64,000 bases of DNA from Trichoplax sp. H2. Taxonomy: Eukaryota. The stretch's first letter is position 1. Each line of letters opens with the position of its first letter. The stretch is from positions 434,001 through 498,000 of the forward strand of contig NOWV01000029.1 of assembly GCA_003344405.1 (NCBI GenBank), in the 5' to 3' direction. A model generated the notes under the pieces. It saw nothing but the letters and a program-made list of their open reading frames with translations, was not told the DNA's origin and did no database searches. Made by a program: the position numbers and the translations under genes. Positions 1 through 12,433 of the stretch are shown piece after piece.

Positions 1-569
1 TACAAGCCGTTTATAGTATAAAGTAAGTAGTATTTATTAAATTGTACAGTGATATTTATAACGATGTCCAATTGACTTGATTCGATATTTTAGTAGCCTA
101 GATCGATCTTTTTTATTACAGTATACGGTAGGTGTAGAAGCCTGTATTTTAAGGACATTTACGTCGGATCGAGGAGTCAGTGTCAATGGTTGTGTATCAT
201 GACTGCATGTTCAGTGATACTTTTTTTATTTTATGTGTCACCTATTGGAAACATGGATGGCGTATCTTACAGTTGAATGGATTTGATCTCGATGATCAAA
301 ATCGTAATATCCATTTGCAGGGTAGTCTTCTATGTTTACCCGATGGAATTAAAATGTCGCAGCACCGATCTCTATACGAATGCATCACAGACAACCGATC
401 CAGTACTGTATCATGTATACGTATGTCGGTGTCGAGCAGAGGCGTCGATTACCAGTACAACACTTAGAATACCTTATAGCATTGGTGTACGGTACACGAA
501 ATGTTTTGCATACAAATATAAGATATAGTACACTGTAACTTGGTACAGATAACAAGCTATTTTGCTAAC

Positions 570-753
570 CTCTATATTGAACACGAAGATTGTCTTGCGA
601 CAAAATAATGAACTGGCATCTTTCACGCGGACTCCATGCTCGTGGTAAAGGAGATAAAGATTCATCAACATTAGGATATAGCTGTGAAATTCGGTCGGGT
701 GGAATAGCCTTTGCTATTTTCGAGCGCTGCCAACCTACTTTCGTCAAAGACAT
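570..753 (-). CDS. RANBP9/10: RanBP9/RanBP10-like SPRY protein (CTLH/GID complex scaffold), first coding exon only; gene continues off the left edge
   Basis: MSLTKVG...ISQLYPNVDESLSPLPRAWSPRERCQFIILSQDNLRVQYRG matches the recalled RanBP9/10 pre-SPRY segment (LYPAVNEQETPLPRSWSPKDKFSYIGLSQNNLRVHYKG). Donor G|GTTAGC at 569, in-frame stop just upstream of ATG 753. Confidence 0.9.
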
Positions 754-944
754 CTCGCCTTAACAAAAAGTCCGTACGAAATGAAGAACGTCACCACTGT
801 TATTGTATTTTCAATATTTTGATATCAAGCAGTAGGATTTTGGACGTCACTTGCAGGTACAGTCAGTATCCGTTCATTGACTCCTTTTCAATGAAATGCT
901 TGTAGACTACAATACACTGAGCTGGACGGTATGAATTGAATCAA

Positions 945-1120
945 CCTACACGGTACAGTACTGTACTGTATGTACAGTACAGTAGTGTTACAGTAATGAA
1001 TACAGATTGAACGAGTTCACTAAAAAGTATCGTACAGTACTGTACTGTACTGTACGGTAGTGAACAGCGGACAGTGACGTACTGTACTGTACAGTTCCGG
1101 CTGTTCCGTACGGTACAGGT
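945..1120. repeat. TACAG/TACTG (GTAC-core) low-complexity array upstream of RANBP9/10
   Basis: Dense gtacagtactgtactgta-type tracts 200-370 bp upstream of the ATG. Confidence 0.85.
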
Positions 1121-1613
1121 CATCGTGTCAACCTATTGGGTTGAAAGTGATTATGGTCAATCGCAACGTCAATCGCAACGTCAATCGCCTAAGTAGCGAT
1201 CAATGAGTCGACGATATCCAAGTACACTACAACTAGTCATACAGTACTGTAACTACGGCATTGTCAGTTTACTGATGACGACATACTGTACTCTGGAACT
1301 CTACGGTATTCAAACCAATGGAGAACCCGATTTAATTATAACACCATATTGACAATATTGAATTGGCAGCGATGGTACTGAGTTCAGTAAGGCAAAATTT
1401 TCTTTCTTTTACAAGAGAAAATCATCAATAAAAACGCTATGAAGAACACATTCATTGTACAATCACTACAATGGTCGTGTCAACCGAATACGAAGTGATC
1501 GTACGTAATCGAACAGCACGAGCGAATCGATACTTCAGGCGTCAACTATTACTGTGCATTGACTGTAGGGATGTTATTTTTACAGTTGCTAAATTTGTAT
1601 TCTGTTAGTAAAT

Positions 1614-1698
1614 GGATCTGATATAGGCTTGGACAAAATATTGTACATAGACGAGCGGATCTGATATAGGCTTGGACAAAATATTGTACATAGACGAG
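1614..1698. repeat. 43-bp tandem duplication (2 copies)
   Basis: ggatctgatataggcttggacaaaatattgtacatagacgag starts at 1614 and again at 1657. Confidence 0.95.
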
Positions 1699-3183
1699 TA
1701 ATTACAGCAATTCAGACCGGTTATAAATTAATTAATCACAGTATCTTGACCACGGATTATTGCAGCTTTTATGGCTACCTTTCATACAGCCATAGACTAC
1801 AAGAAAAAGATCCAGGTCTTGTAGTCCATACAGTACACTGATGAAACACTGCTGTAGATTGCAAAATGTGATCCTTAGTACAGTATCATGCAGAGTCTAC
1901 CAATCCGTCTATTCTACTGTACATACTGTGCAATAAGTTGATGAAAGTATACTGTATACAGTACGTGCGGAGGTATACGAGTGCTGATTATTGCATTGGA
2001 AAAAGCCTGTCCCAAAATCCAAAATTGATCTCTTTACAAGTCGCTAATAATAACCGTCAAACGAATACATACTGATACATAAATAAACAGGTTGATCAAT
2101 TAGCTAAAGTCTAGAGTAAAAAACTACCCATTTAATTGAACAGCTGACTGAAAGGTGCGATATACTGGACGATTATTTGCGCAGTAACTTCGGCCTGCAA
2201 CTGTAAATCGTTTAAGAGCTAGGATTAATTAATTCATTCATTAATATTAATAAAATGTTGCCACTATTTACTTCAGAGTACAGTAATAAGTGTCACAAAT
2301 ATCACAATACTGTACAGTACTTCAAGTGACGAACTTGCAAGTAGTATAGCCTACTACGCAGCAGTACGGTGTTTTAAGGCATGGTTCAAACTCAATTCAT
2401 AATATGCCTACTAATTGAAACTTTTAGCAAACGCAACTCGTATACGTATGTTACGAAATGAGATTTTCCTTGGTTATGCTGATACAGTTTCTACATTATA
2501 AGTTCATTACAACTTTAACTTATTCTGTTTGACTATAGAAACATAGTCAGTTAAGCATAAAATTTACAGCATGGAAGTCCATAGATGAGTTTCGAAAACG
2601 TAACAACGTATCATTGCTAACTACAGACAGTCCTGAATCAATCAATCCATCAGCCTATGTTGTAGTAACGCATACTAATGCATTCAACATACCTATCGGT
2701 GTATTTAATTTCAGCTAAATAAATTTTATTAGAAGAACAAAATTTCCTATACGGTCCTTGAGATGACCAATCAATCACTAGAACTTGATGAAATACAGGC
2801 TAGCTATTTATATCAAACGTTTGATTAGCTAAACGCAGGTCTATCATGTCATGTTCACATAATGAAATACACGAAAATGCTAGTATAATTCTGCTTATAT
2901 GAAATCTACCATGTTATCCTATCACGCGAGAGTACAGGACTCTAATTTAGAGCACTGTATTTTCTGATTTAACTCACTTACAGTACATAGATACGCTAAT
3001 TACAGAATGGATTATATAGGATAATACAAACCATGCGCATTTGAAAGATTTTAAGGATTACGTTACTGAACATTACAGTTTCAAATATACATGATTTCAT
3101 CGAAAATTTGTATAGCTGTTAATATTTGCATAATTAATAAAATTTCAATTGGAAATTACTTTTCAGAATACAGTACCACGAAT

Positions 3184-6100
3184 TTACAAGTCCGCATTCC
3201 TAATAAATCGATTTCCTTCCGAATGTCGCCCGAAATAAACATAGCGAGAAGTTCCAAAGGTTCCTGATGATTATAATTAAGTAATAAGATTAATTTCATA
3301 CTCAAGGCAAAATAACCTACACATGATGTAAACAAAAACAATACCTCTATGATCAGTTTCTTTAGCAGCTTGAGGCAAAGGTGTATAATCCAAATCTTCT
3401 GGACTAGCATCACTCTAAATATTAAAGGTTACAAAATACAAGATATTTATACAAATTATGAAGCGAATGGATACGCAGTATACTCAAGGTACGCCATAAT
3501 TAATCATGCTAAAGAGAGAGTACTTGTGTTATGATATGCTTTTTCTTTGTAAGAAAGGGGGCTATTTTCGAAGCTTGTTGTCTTTCTTGTGCTGTAATTG
3601 GCCTAGAATCTAGGAAACGGAGCTTCTGTAGTCTAAGAATAATCAAATACCTAGGATACCAGATGAACAAGTAGTAGTAAACAAATAAAAATTGAAGCTA
3701 ACAAAGATTTTAGTGTTGAAAGTGATTACAAAGTTAGAGCATAAGCAATAGATGAATGTCTACATCGTGATAATACCTATAATTTTGATAATCGTCCTCA
3801 TCCTCCTCATCACCTGTCATACCATCCGGACATGCCTTATTGTTAAGTAGGCTCAGGAAACTCAGATTAGGAAAACTTTTCGAAATTGTTTGCAACAACA
3901 TGTCAATGTCTTCTATGTATCATTAGTTAAGGCAAAAATGTATATCATTTAGAGATTCTAAATCTTATCTAGAAACACGTTCACTATTGTCAGTTGACTA
4001 CTTTTCTAACAGCAAAAGCGAAATAAATTAATGACACGAAGTATTATTGACTTCATTATACAGTAGAGTACATAAAACAACTGTCATACCATGCTACTGT
4101 AGTTAAATTAAAATCGCTGCTGATCTAAAAATCGAGGCATTTTGGTCTGATACTATCAATATTTGGGCAAATTCTTTCTGATTCTTTTTACGCTATGGAA
4201 TATTCTCTATTAGACAAAAGTAATCGAAATACAATACCTAAAATCAACTATGTATTACTCATACTAGATACTGGCACGCAATTTTGCAGTCCATTGCATT
4301 ATGATGACTTTAAGGATATTTTATTCTTGTTTAGAGATAAAGTTTCCACGGTAGGTATTGTAGGAAACTGCACAGTTTCGTCTAGCATGTTGTCATCTAA
4401 AATTAATTCTCGTAAGGACTTCCATTGACCAAGATTACTAACATTCCTGTATCATAAATGAAACATAGAATTATGATTTCCGCAGAATTAGTAGGAATTT
4501 AAAAATGATAATAAAAATTTTTATTTGCAAGCAAGGATAATTAACTTACGTCAAAATGTTATGACTGAGATCCAACGTTTGTACTGTCTCACCGTGATCT
4601 TGGCTTAGAGATGCTGGAATTTCACTTAAGTCACGGTCAATCATCCGAAGCTATCGGTGAAAATAACCATTACAAAAGAAAGGCATATTTTTAAGATGCT
4701 TCGTTACTTTTCATAGAAGAGTAAAGCTTTCAATAGAGCTAGCGATTAAGCAACAAACTAGTAATTTGATGAGATCCACTTTTGATTGTAAACTGAAATT
4801 GCATGCATTAATTATCACTGTATTTACTTTGGAAGTACAGTACATGTCAACTGGACTGAAAGTTGCTGGTTAAGTAACGCGTTCAATAGTACTGTATAGC
4901 TAAATCAGACTAAATATGCGAGTTTTGGGGCTTGGCACGAGTAGTATGCACTGTATATGAGTATGTAACTTTAGAATATTTCGATAGTAGAAGACTAGTT
5001 AAACTCGCATATCATGCGGTGTAAATGAGATTGATTAAATTATTAATGTTATACTCTTTGCATAGTTACATAAATGCCAGGGACTAGTCGCTGTAAATGG
5101 TCACGAATATAATAAACCGTTCAATGATATATTTATAAAAAGCACCGCTACTAGCGTGCATGCTTTTGATAGTGAGCTAAGGGTGGTGGATATCATTTTG
5201 CAATATCATATTAATGATATGACTTTACGTTAACATATGTTCTAGAGGAAAATGCATAATGTAAATATTAATACTCGTATTCTACACAGGGAAATATTTA
5301 CAATCAGTAGGACTTTATTAGATACGCGTACGTTATTCATTGGTTAATGGAATATTGGTGAATATTGTATATATCCAAGCTGTAAAGGTGCTTTGGGGCA
5401 AAAATTTTGTTGTACCTGTGCAATCCCTAACTCTGATCCATTGTGTGATAAATAATATATTAGGTGTTGGAGTCATGAGGTTAGCAGAGATCTTTATCAC
5501 TTCGCAATATTCATGTGAAGTGTTACACAGTAAATCGAAAGTACAGTACGATATACAATATTTTGAATAAATCTATTGAATCATATATAAGTTTATAAGA
5601 GAAGACTGTAAGTTATTCCAGATTGGTGCTGTTGTGAATCCTGAATGACTATAGACGTCGGCTGAGATATTTATACGGACAATTCTAGGAATCTCTAAGA
5701 GGATTTCTGTTAGAAGTTTCTAACAATTAATACACATAGTTTACCGTAAATTTAAAATTGTAATGGGCTAATCAGCCTTTCACCTTCATTTGTAGTATTA
5801 AAATTTGCACGATTCAAAATAGCATCCTATTTTTTTTTACATCAGCTGGTTTACTGTATGTATTTATTTATATAAAATGCTTATTGAGGTGAGCCATTTC
5901 AGCTCCCATTGGCAGATTTGACAACCAGACATGTACACTATACTGTACACTGTACACATTAATTATACAGTGGAAATACGTGAACATTGTATGCTTTAAA
6001 ATAGGAAATATGCAATTAGCGTTTTGGTGAAAATTCCAGAAATTAAAAAATACACCACCCAAGGGAGTGCTTTGCACTTTGAGAATTTTGATGTGCTTAA

Positions 6101-6537
6101 GCTTTGATAACTATGTAGTTACTACAGTTGAGTATCATTTATTTGATGATGTCAATATTTTACATGACGCTAGCAGCGATCATCAAGTACTGTAGTTCAT
6201 TCAGGGGCTTCCTAATTACAGTAATTAAACTAGAAACTATCAAGCTACAACAATAACATTGACCATTTACAGTAAATGTACAATTGTCATAAGATGAAAA
6301 CGTAACAAGGTAAAAAACTAAAGTAAGAAAATACAAGACTGGAGATCAAGATCTTAAATTCATCATGATGATAATAATAATATCTAGGAAGGGTACTGTA
6401 TAATAAATAGATAATGATGTGGTGGTAATTATTCTGATAACTGTACACTATACTGTGGTACAGTACAGTATACCGGAGTTGATTTCGGTTGAATTACTCA
6501 CCTCAATTCTTTCATGAACCTCCTCAGCCGATGCCAT
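3184..6537 (-). CDS. LRMDA: Leucine-rich melanocyte differentiation-associated protein (LRMDA/C10orf11) homolog, 7 coding exons, one AT-AC intron
   Basis: Spliced exons give MASAEEVHERIE|LRMIDRDLSEIP...TLDLSHNILT|NVSNLGQWKSLRELILDDNML...LSLNKNK|IEDIDMLL...LSLLNNKACP...EDDYQNYR|YLIILRLQKLRFLDSRPI...|...YTPLP...|GTFGTSRYVYFGRHSEGNRFIRNADL*. The LRRs and the HSEGNRFI C-terminal motif are typical of the family. Confidence 0.9.
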
Positions 6538-6737
6538 GGCTGGGTTTTGAGACGTGGACGGTAAATAAGCCTTGAGTATTTCAATGCCAACTGGTAATAA
6601 CTGTGGAAAAGCTTGAGATAATATACCTAACCGTTGAAACCAGCCTTTTCTTCGTCTCTATGATACTATATATATATATTATTTACTGGAACACTACTAT
6701 ATTAGTACCGTAATGGAAATTCAAAATTTTTACGCCC

Positions 6738-9718
6738 AACTCAGCAGGAAAGTTTCTTCACGGGGCATTTAGAGTACTGTCCGTTTAATTCACTTTCGTA
6801 CACCGCGCATATTATACTAAAACTGAGAATGAGTAACGTGTTTTGAGTAGGCAAATAAATGGCAGAGTCTACAGTAATACGTACTGTACTGTACTGTGTG
6901 AAGGCTGAATGGCTCATGTACAGTACAGTACTGTACAGTGCAGTACAGTATACAGTACGTTATCAGACTTCAGTTCTAACTGCGCCTTGTTCAACCTTTC
7001 ACTGTACTGTACTGTACCAGAGAGCGTACTGTATGGGTGCGTCCTGTACTGTACAGTGTACAGTACAGGACGCTGTAACATTTTTATTCTTTTTTATGTA
7101 CAGTATTCTGGGTTTTCTCCTTCCTTTGATCTCTGAATTGCGAATTCTGAATAATACTGTACAGTACTGCAGCACAGGGAGCGTTTTAGCTAAGACCAGA
7201 AATGTACGGTTTACAGCACCGTTTACTTCACGGCTGCAGTTTCCTCATACAGCCCGTACATAGCATCTTACTTCAATCGATGTAACCAGGCGTATATCAA
7301 AATTGCCTCTTATTAGCCGCCCTATCTGCGAGTATTGGCAAACCCACTTAGGACATTAGTCTGCAAATTCATACATACTGTACACTGTACAGTACAGTAT
7401 GTTACGGATTCAAATAAATAACTTACTTTTAATATACTGTACTGTACAGTACAGTATATTGACCGTGACGTATCTATTATACCGTAACAGCGCGATACAC
7501 GTCCACTCGTACAATCGCATTAATATGATTTGATATCACAATGACACGATACTTGTACAGTACTGTACTAAGTCCTGTGACCATCATGTATTGTACAGCA
7601 CTGTCATCACAAGACTGAACTCGATACAGTACTGTACAGTGTACAGTACGAGTTCAGCCATGGACTAGTACTGTGTACTGTACTGTACAGTGTACAGTAC
7701 TGTACAGTAGATGCACCCTTACAGTATTTTTAATTTACTATGCACAGTACAGTACTGTACGCATGTAGAAGAATGTACTGTACACTACTACAGTATAGTG
7801 AGTACAGAAAATGGTTGCCAAGGTAAAACCCGTAAAGATCATCATCATGCAACTAGTTGCCAACGAGGCAACCACCACTAGTAGAAGCTGGAGAAAGAAG
7901 AAAATCAGACCCAGCCTAAAGAATAAAATAAAAAATAAACGTATACGCTACAGACTTAAACTAAGAATAGTATTCATCATTTCTATGGTCAGTAGTACGT
8001 ATCAACTCATTTTTCACACTACTGTAGCAATCCATAAATAAATGAAATTAGCTTCCGCATAATGCTATCAAGGATCGAGCAGTGGAATCGTGAATTACAT
8101 CCATATCGATGAAAGCAGGGACGACTGTATTGTATTCATTCACCCGCCAAGTTGTGCTTGCTTTGGTCTACCCGCAAATTTGATCTACGTCACTGTAGGC
8201 GTAAACATGTTATTATACTGTACTGTACATACTGTATCAGGGCTGTTTTCCCACNNNNNNNNNNNNNNNNNNNNAACTCAGCAGGAAAGTTTCTTCACGG
8301 GGCATTTACAGTACTGTCCGTTTAATTCACTTTCGTACACCGCGCATGTTATACTAAAACTGAGAATGAGTAACGTGTTTTGAGTAGGCAAATAAATGGC
8401 AGAGTCTACAGTAATACCTACAGTACTGTACTGTAACTGTGTGAAGGTTGAATGGCTCATGTTAATGTACTGTACCAGAGAGCGTACTGTATGGGTGCGT
8501 CCTGTAGTGTACAGTACTTACTGTACAGTACAGGACGCTGTAACATTTTTATTCTTTTTTATGCATTCTGGGTTTTCTCCTTCCTTTGATCTCTGAATTG
8601 CGAATTCTGAATAATACTGTACTGTACAGTACTGCAGCACAGGGAGCGTTTTGGCTAAGACTAGAAATGTACGGTTTACAGCACCGTTTACTTCACGGCT
8701 GCAATTTCCTCATACAGCCCGTACATAGCATCTTACTTCAATCGATGTAACCAGGCGTATATCAAAATTGCCTCTTATTAGCCGCCCTATCTGCGAGTAT
8801 TGGCAAACCCACATAGGACATTAGACTGCAAATTCATACATACAGTACAGTATGTTACGGATTCAAATAAATAACTTACTTTTAATATAGAGTACTGTAC
8901 ACTGTACAGCATATTGACCGTGACGTATCTATTATACCGTAACAGCGCGATACACGTCCACTCGTACAATCGCATTAATATGATTTGATATCACAATGAC
9001 ACAATACATGTACTGTACAGTACAGTACTGTACTAAGTCCTGTGACCATCATGTATTGTACAGCACTGTCATCACAAGACTGAACTCGATACAGTACTGT
9101 ACAGTGTACTGTACGAGTTCAGCCATGGACTACTGTAGTACTGTGTACTGTAGATGCACCCTTACAGTACTGTACGTACTGTATTTGTAATTTACAGTAC
9201 TATGCACAGTACTGTACAGTACTGTATAGTAGAAGAATGTACTGTACAGTACACTACTACAGTATGGTGAGGACAGAAAATGGTTGCCAAGGTAAAACCC
9301 GTAAAGATCATCATCATGCAACTAGTTGCCAACGAGGCAACCACCACTAGTAGAAGCTGGAGAAAGAAGAAAATCAGACCCAGCCTAAAGAATAAAATAA
9401 AAAATAAACGTATACGCTACAGACTTAAACTAAGAATAGTATTCATCATTTCTATGGTCAGTAGTACGTATCAACTCATTTTTCACACTACTGTAGCAAT
9501 CCATAAATAAATGAAATTAGCTTCCGCATAATGCTATCAAGGATCGAGCAGTGGAATCGTGGATTGCATCCACATCGATGAAAGCAGGGACGACTGTATT
9601 GTATTCATTCACCCGCCAAGTTGTGCTTGCTTTGGTCTACCCGCAAATTTGATCTACGTCACTGTAGGCGTAAACATGTTATGATACTGTACATACTGTA
9701 TCAGGGCTGTTTTCCCAC
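6738..9718. repeat. Near-identical ~1.5 kb direct duplication (6738-8254 and 8275-9718) separated by a 20-N gap; rich in TACAG/TACTG tracts
   Basis: Both copies start aactcagcaggaaag and end gggctgttttcccac. N run at 8255-8274. Duplicated ORFs in the track (MAESTVI..., MVAKVKPV...). Confidence 0.95.
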
Positions 9719-10261
9719 AAAAACGACACGAGCACATTGTTGATCAAAATAATGAATTTTTCATGAAAAAAAAGGCGCCTACTTTGCCTGGTGTTTGATG
9801 CTACCATGCCGTAGTAGGAAACGAGTCCAAAATCGAGGTGGGTTAACCTACTGTATTCTCCCCTTTCTACTGTCGTCCATGTCTACGCATGTGTACATTC
9901 AAATTGGGAATGGATTGGAAATTTCCAGGCACCTGATTGGTGGATGAATATCCATGTCGATCACTAACACATTACGGTACCCGGGTACAGTACTGTACCC
10001 GGGTACAAGCGTACAGTACATTACTGTCATGGAGGTCGAGTAGGAAAAAGGAGTCATGTTGAGGAGTAGACTGTCCAATACATGGCTGTTAAGTACAGCG
10101 TACAGTATAAGGCATTGCCTTGTTCTCCACCACGCTAACCACAATCCAATTCATAGCGTACGGTACGCCTACCGGTACCGTACCGTGCTGCACTCCACGC
10201 ATAGTAAAGGTATAAAAAATCAAGACCACGACCAGTGTTATGATTTTTTTCAGTTGATCGA

Positions 10262-10290
10262 TTTGAAGTTTCGATTGGCGCGTAAATTCA
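10262..10290 (+). promoter_or_regulatory. Candidate H2A.Z proximal promoter elements: CHR-like TTTGAA, and inverted CCAAT overlapping an E2F-like TTGGCGCG
   Basis: TTTGAA 10262-10267 and ATTGGCGCG 10274-10282, about 70-90 bp upstream of ATG 10351. Motif match only. Confidence 0.4.
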
Positions 10291-10350
10291 ACTCTTTTAT
10301 CCTATACTAAGCTATTACGCTTGATTTTAGCAACCATTCCTTAAGCAAAA

Positions 10351-12433
10351 ATGGTAATGAAATACTTGATTTCTCATTTTAGGATTGTACTTGTATTTTC
10401 TTCTTAAAGAGAATATCTTGTTGACAGATTGTAGTTTATTTTACAACTAAGTTTTGTAAATTCAATTGCGAGTGGAAAAAAATATTGAACGGTTTTGTAT
10501 CAATCAACATTTTGCCCGCCTTTTTCCATTGACCACTCATGTCTTCTTTTAGGCTGGAGGCAAGGCCGGTAAAGATTCCAAGACTAAAGCTAAGGCAGTT
10601 TCTAGGTCCGCTAGAGCTGGTCTACAGGTAAGAGAAACTCTTTGACTTACTCTGTTATCATTCTATCTTGCTAGTAATGCTCAAGGTAGACTAGTAGTGT
10701 TAAAAAAAAAAGTTGGCACAAATTGATTTCAACTTCAGTTCACTTTCCTGACGTATGGGTTCAAAACGCAATTGCGTTCAATAACGCCAAGCGATATACA
10801 CTTGGATAGAAGGCGATTTTTCCAATAGAGGATAACTCTGTTTTCGGAAATAGCGTTTTCATATTATTTTAGACCTAATTCGGTTTTTCTTAGAGGGAAT
10901 AAAGTAGAGATGTACCCTATCGACTCATTGTACATTAAGATGAAATGATTTACCTTTGAATGAGTGTCATGTACGCTGAGAAAAAAATTGCATTTAGCGC
11001 CCTCATGCAATGACTGTGTCTTGATTTTTTGGATTTTCTAGTTCCCTGTTGGTCGTATCCACAGGCATTTGAAGAACCGCACAACTTCCCATGGACGTGT
11101 TGGTGCTACTGCTGCTGTTTACAGTGCTGCTATTTTGGAGTACTTGACCGCTGAAGTAAGTTAATTCTGTTTTTTCCCCCCCAAAAAATTAAGCAGTGAC
11201 CGCTATCTTCTAAATGCGAATTTATTCTCAAGATATTCATTGCACACTACTAGTAATTCATTAAGTACAGCATACATTGCCCGATACTACCTTTACATTG
11301 ACAACTATAAACTATAGTGCGCAGAAAGTTCCAGTACGCGCGTAAATTTTGATGTTACGATGAATAGGTTAGCCGCCATCACAATCAAGACGTTATACTG
11401 AGTAAAAAATGTATTTAATCCAGTAGCTTTAAATGCTGGTAACAATCTTTAAAAGTAGATAAACCCTACTTTATTCTCTTTACTAAACATTCATGCTGCG
11501 CTCTTTCATCAAGTTACTCTTCTCAATTTGTTCTAACTATCAAAAATCGAATTTTCGACTATATTTTGAATGGCATAATAATCAGTAGTTTTGATTAGAA
11601 ATGGTCTTCTAATCTTAGACGTATATGTAAACACGATCGGTACATAACACTTTTACCAAAAGAGAATGTATTGATACAACTAGTGTGAACACTGAACGCC
11701 GACTTTGTGAATAATTTGCGGCCTATGAATTTACAATATCCCTTTAATACTGTAGATTCATAATATTTCTCAATTCGTATTTAGTGACTACTAGCATCAA
11801 TTCTTCTAAGCCTCCAACAAATTGAAAATAAAGAACTGTAATATTGTGCAGACGTAGATCGTTTATTTAATTGACAGTTAAATAAAAAAATACTGCAATA
11901 TTAGCAATATAACAAAGTACAGCCTAGGTGTATGGCCACGATACAATGCAGTACCTATACTCTACTTAAAGAAATGTGACAAGTCTATAACGCGCTATTT
12001 ATAGTTACTATACGTACATTCATGTACATCTTAGTATTTCAATTATACAGTGTCATTTTGATACCCTGACCATTCCAATTTTATATCCTTTAGGTTCTAG
12101 AGTTGGCAGGTAATGCTTCCAAAGATTTGAAAGTAAAACGTATCACGCCTCGCCATCTCCAATTAGCTATTCGTGGTGATGAAGAATTGGATTCACTGAT
12201 CAAAGCTACCATTGCTGGTGGTGGTAAGTTTTATGTTTAATACTTGTATCAATACAATAAAAAGTTTATCGTATGTAGAGCTAACAAAATAACAATTATC
12301 TATAGATTTGAAATCAAATTTCAGTTTCTTGATAATACGAAATATTAAATACAATATTGTTTGTTATATAGGTGTTATCCCACACATCCACAAGAGTCTG
12401 ATTGGTAAAAAAGGAGCTAACAAACCTAATTAA
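10351..12433 (+). CDS. H2AZ: Histone variant H2A.Z (H2A.V); exons 10351-10353, 10553-10627, 11042-11155, 12094-12223, 12372-12433
   Basis: [127 protein letters not shown], all introns GT-AG. Confidence 0.98.

Noticed and set aside
6859..9510. ORFs rich in YSTVQYCTV and the duplicated MVAKVKPV ORF
   Set aside because: Translations of TACAG/TACTG repeats or duplicated non-coding DNA with no recognisable domain
9868..9955. Minus-strand NFQSIPNLNVHMRRH resembling a C2H2 zinc-finger tail
   Set aside because: No upstream Cys pair in frame, a stop follows closely, and no supporting exon structure
10628..12093. Intronic snoRNAs in the long H2A.Z introns
   Set aside because: Only partial C/D-like boxes, with no rRNA-complementary guide that I could identify by eye
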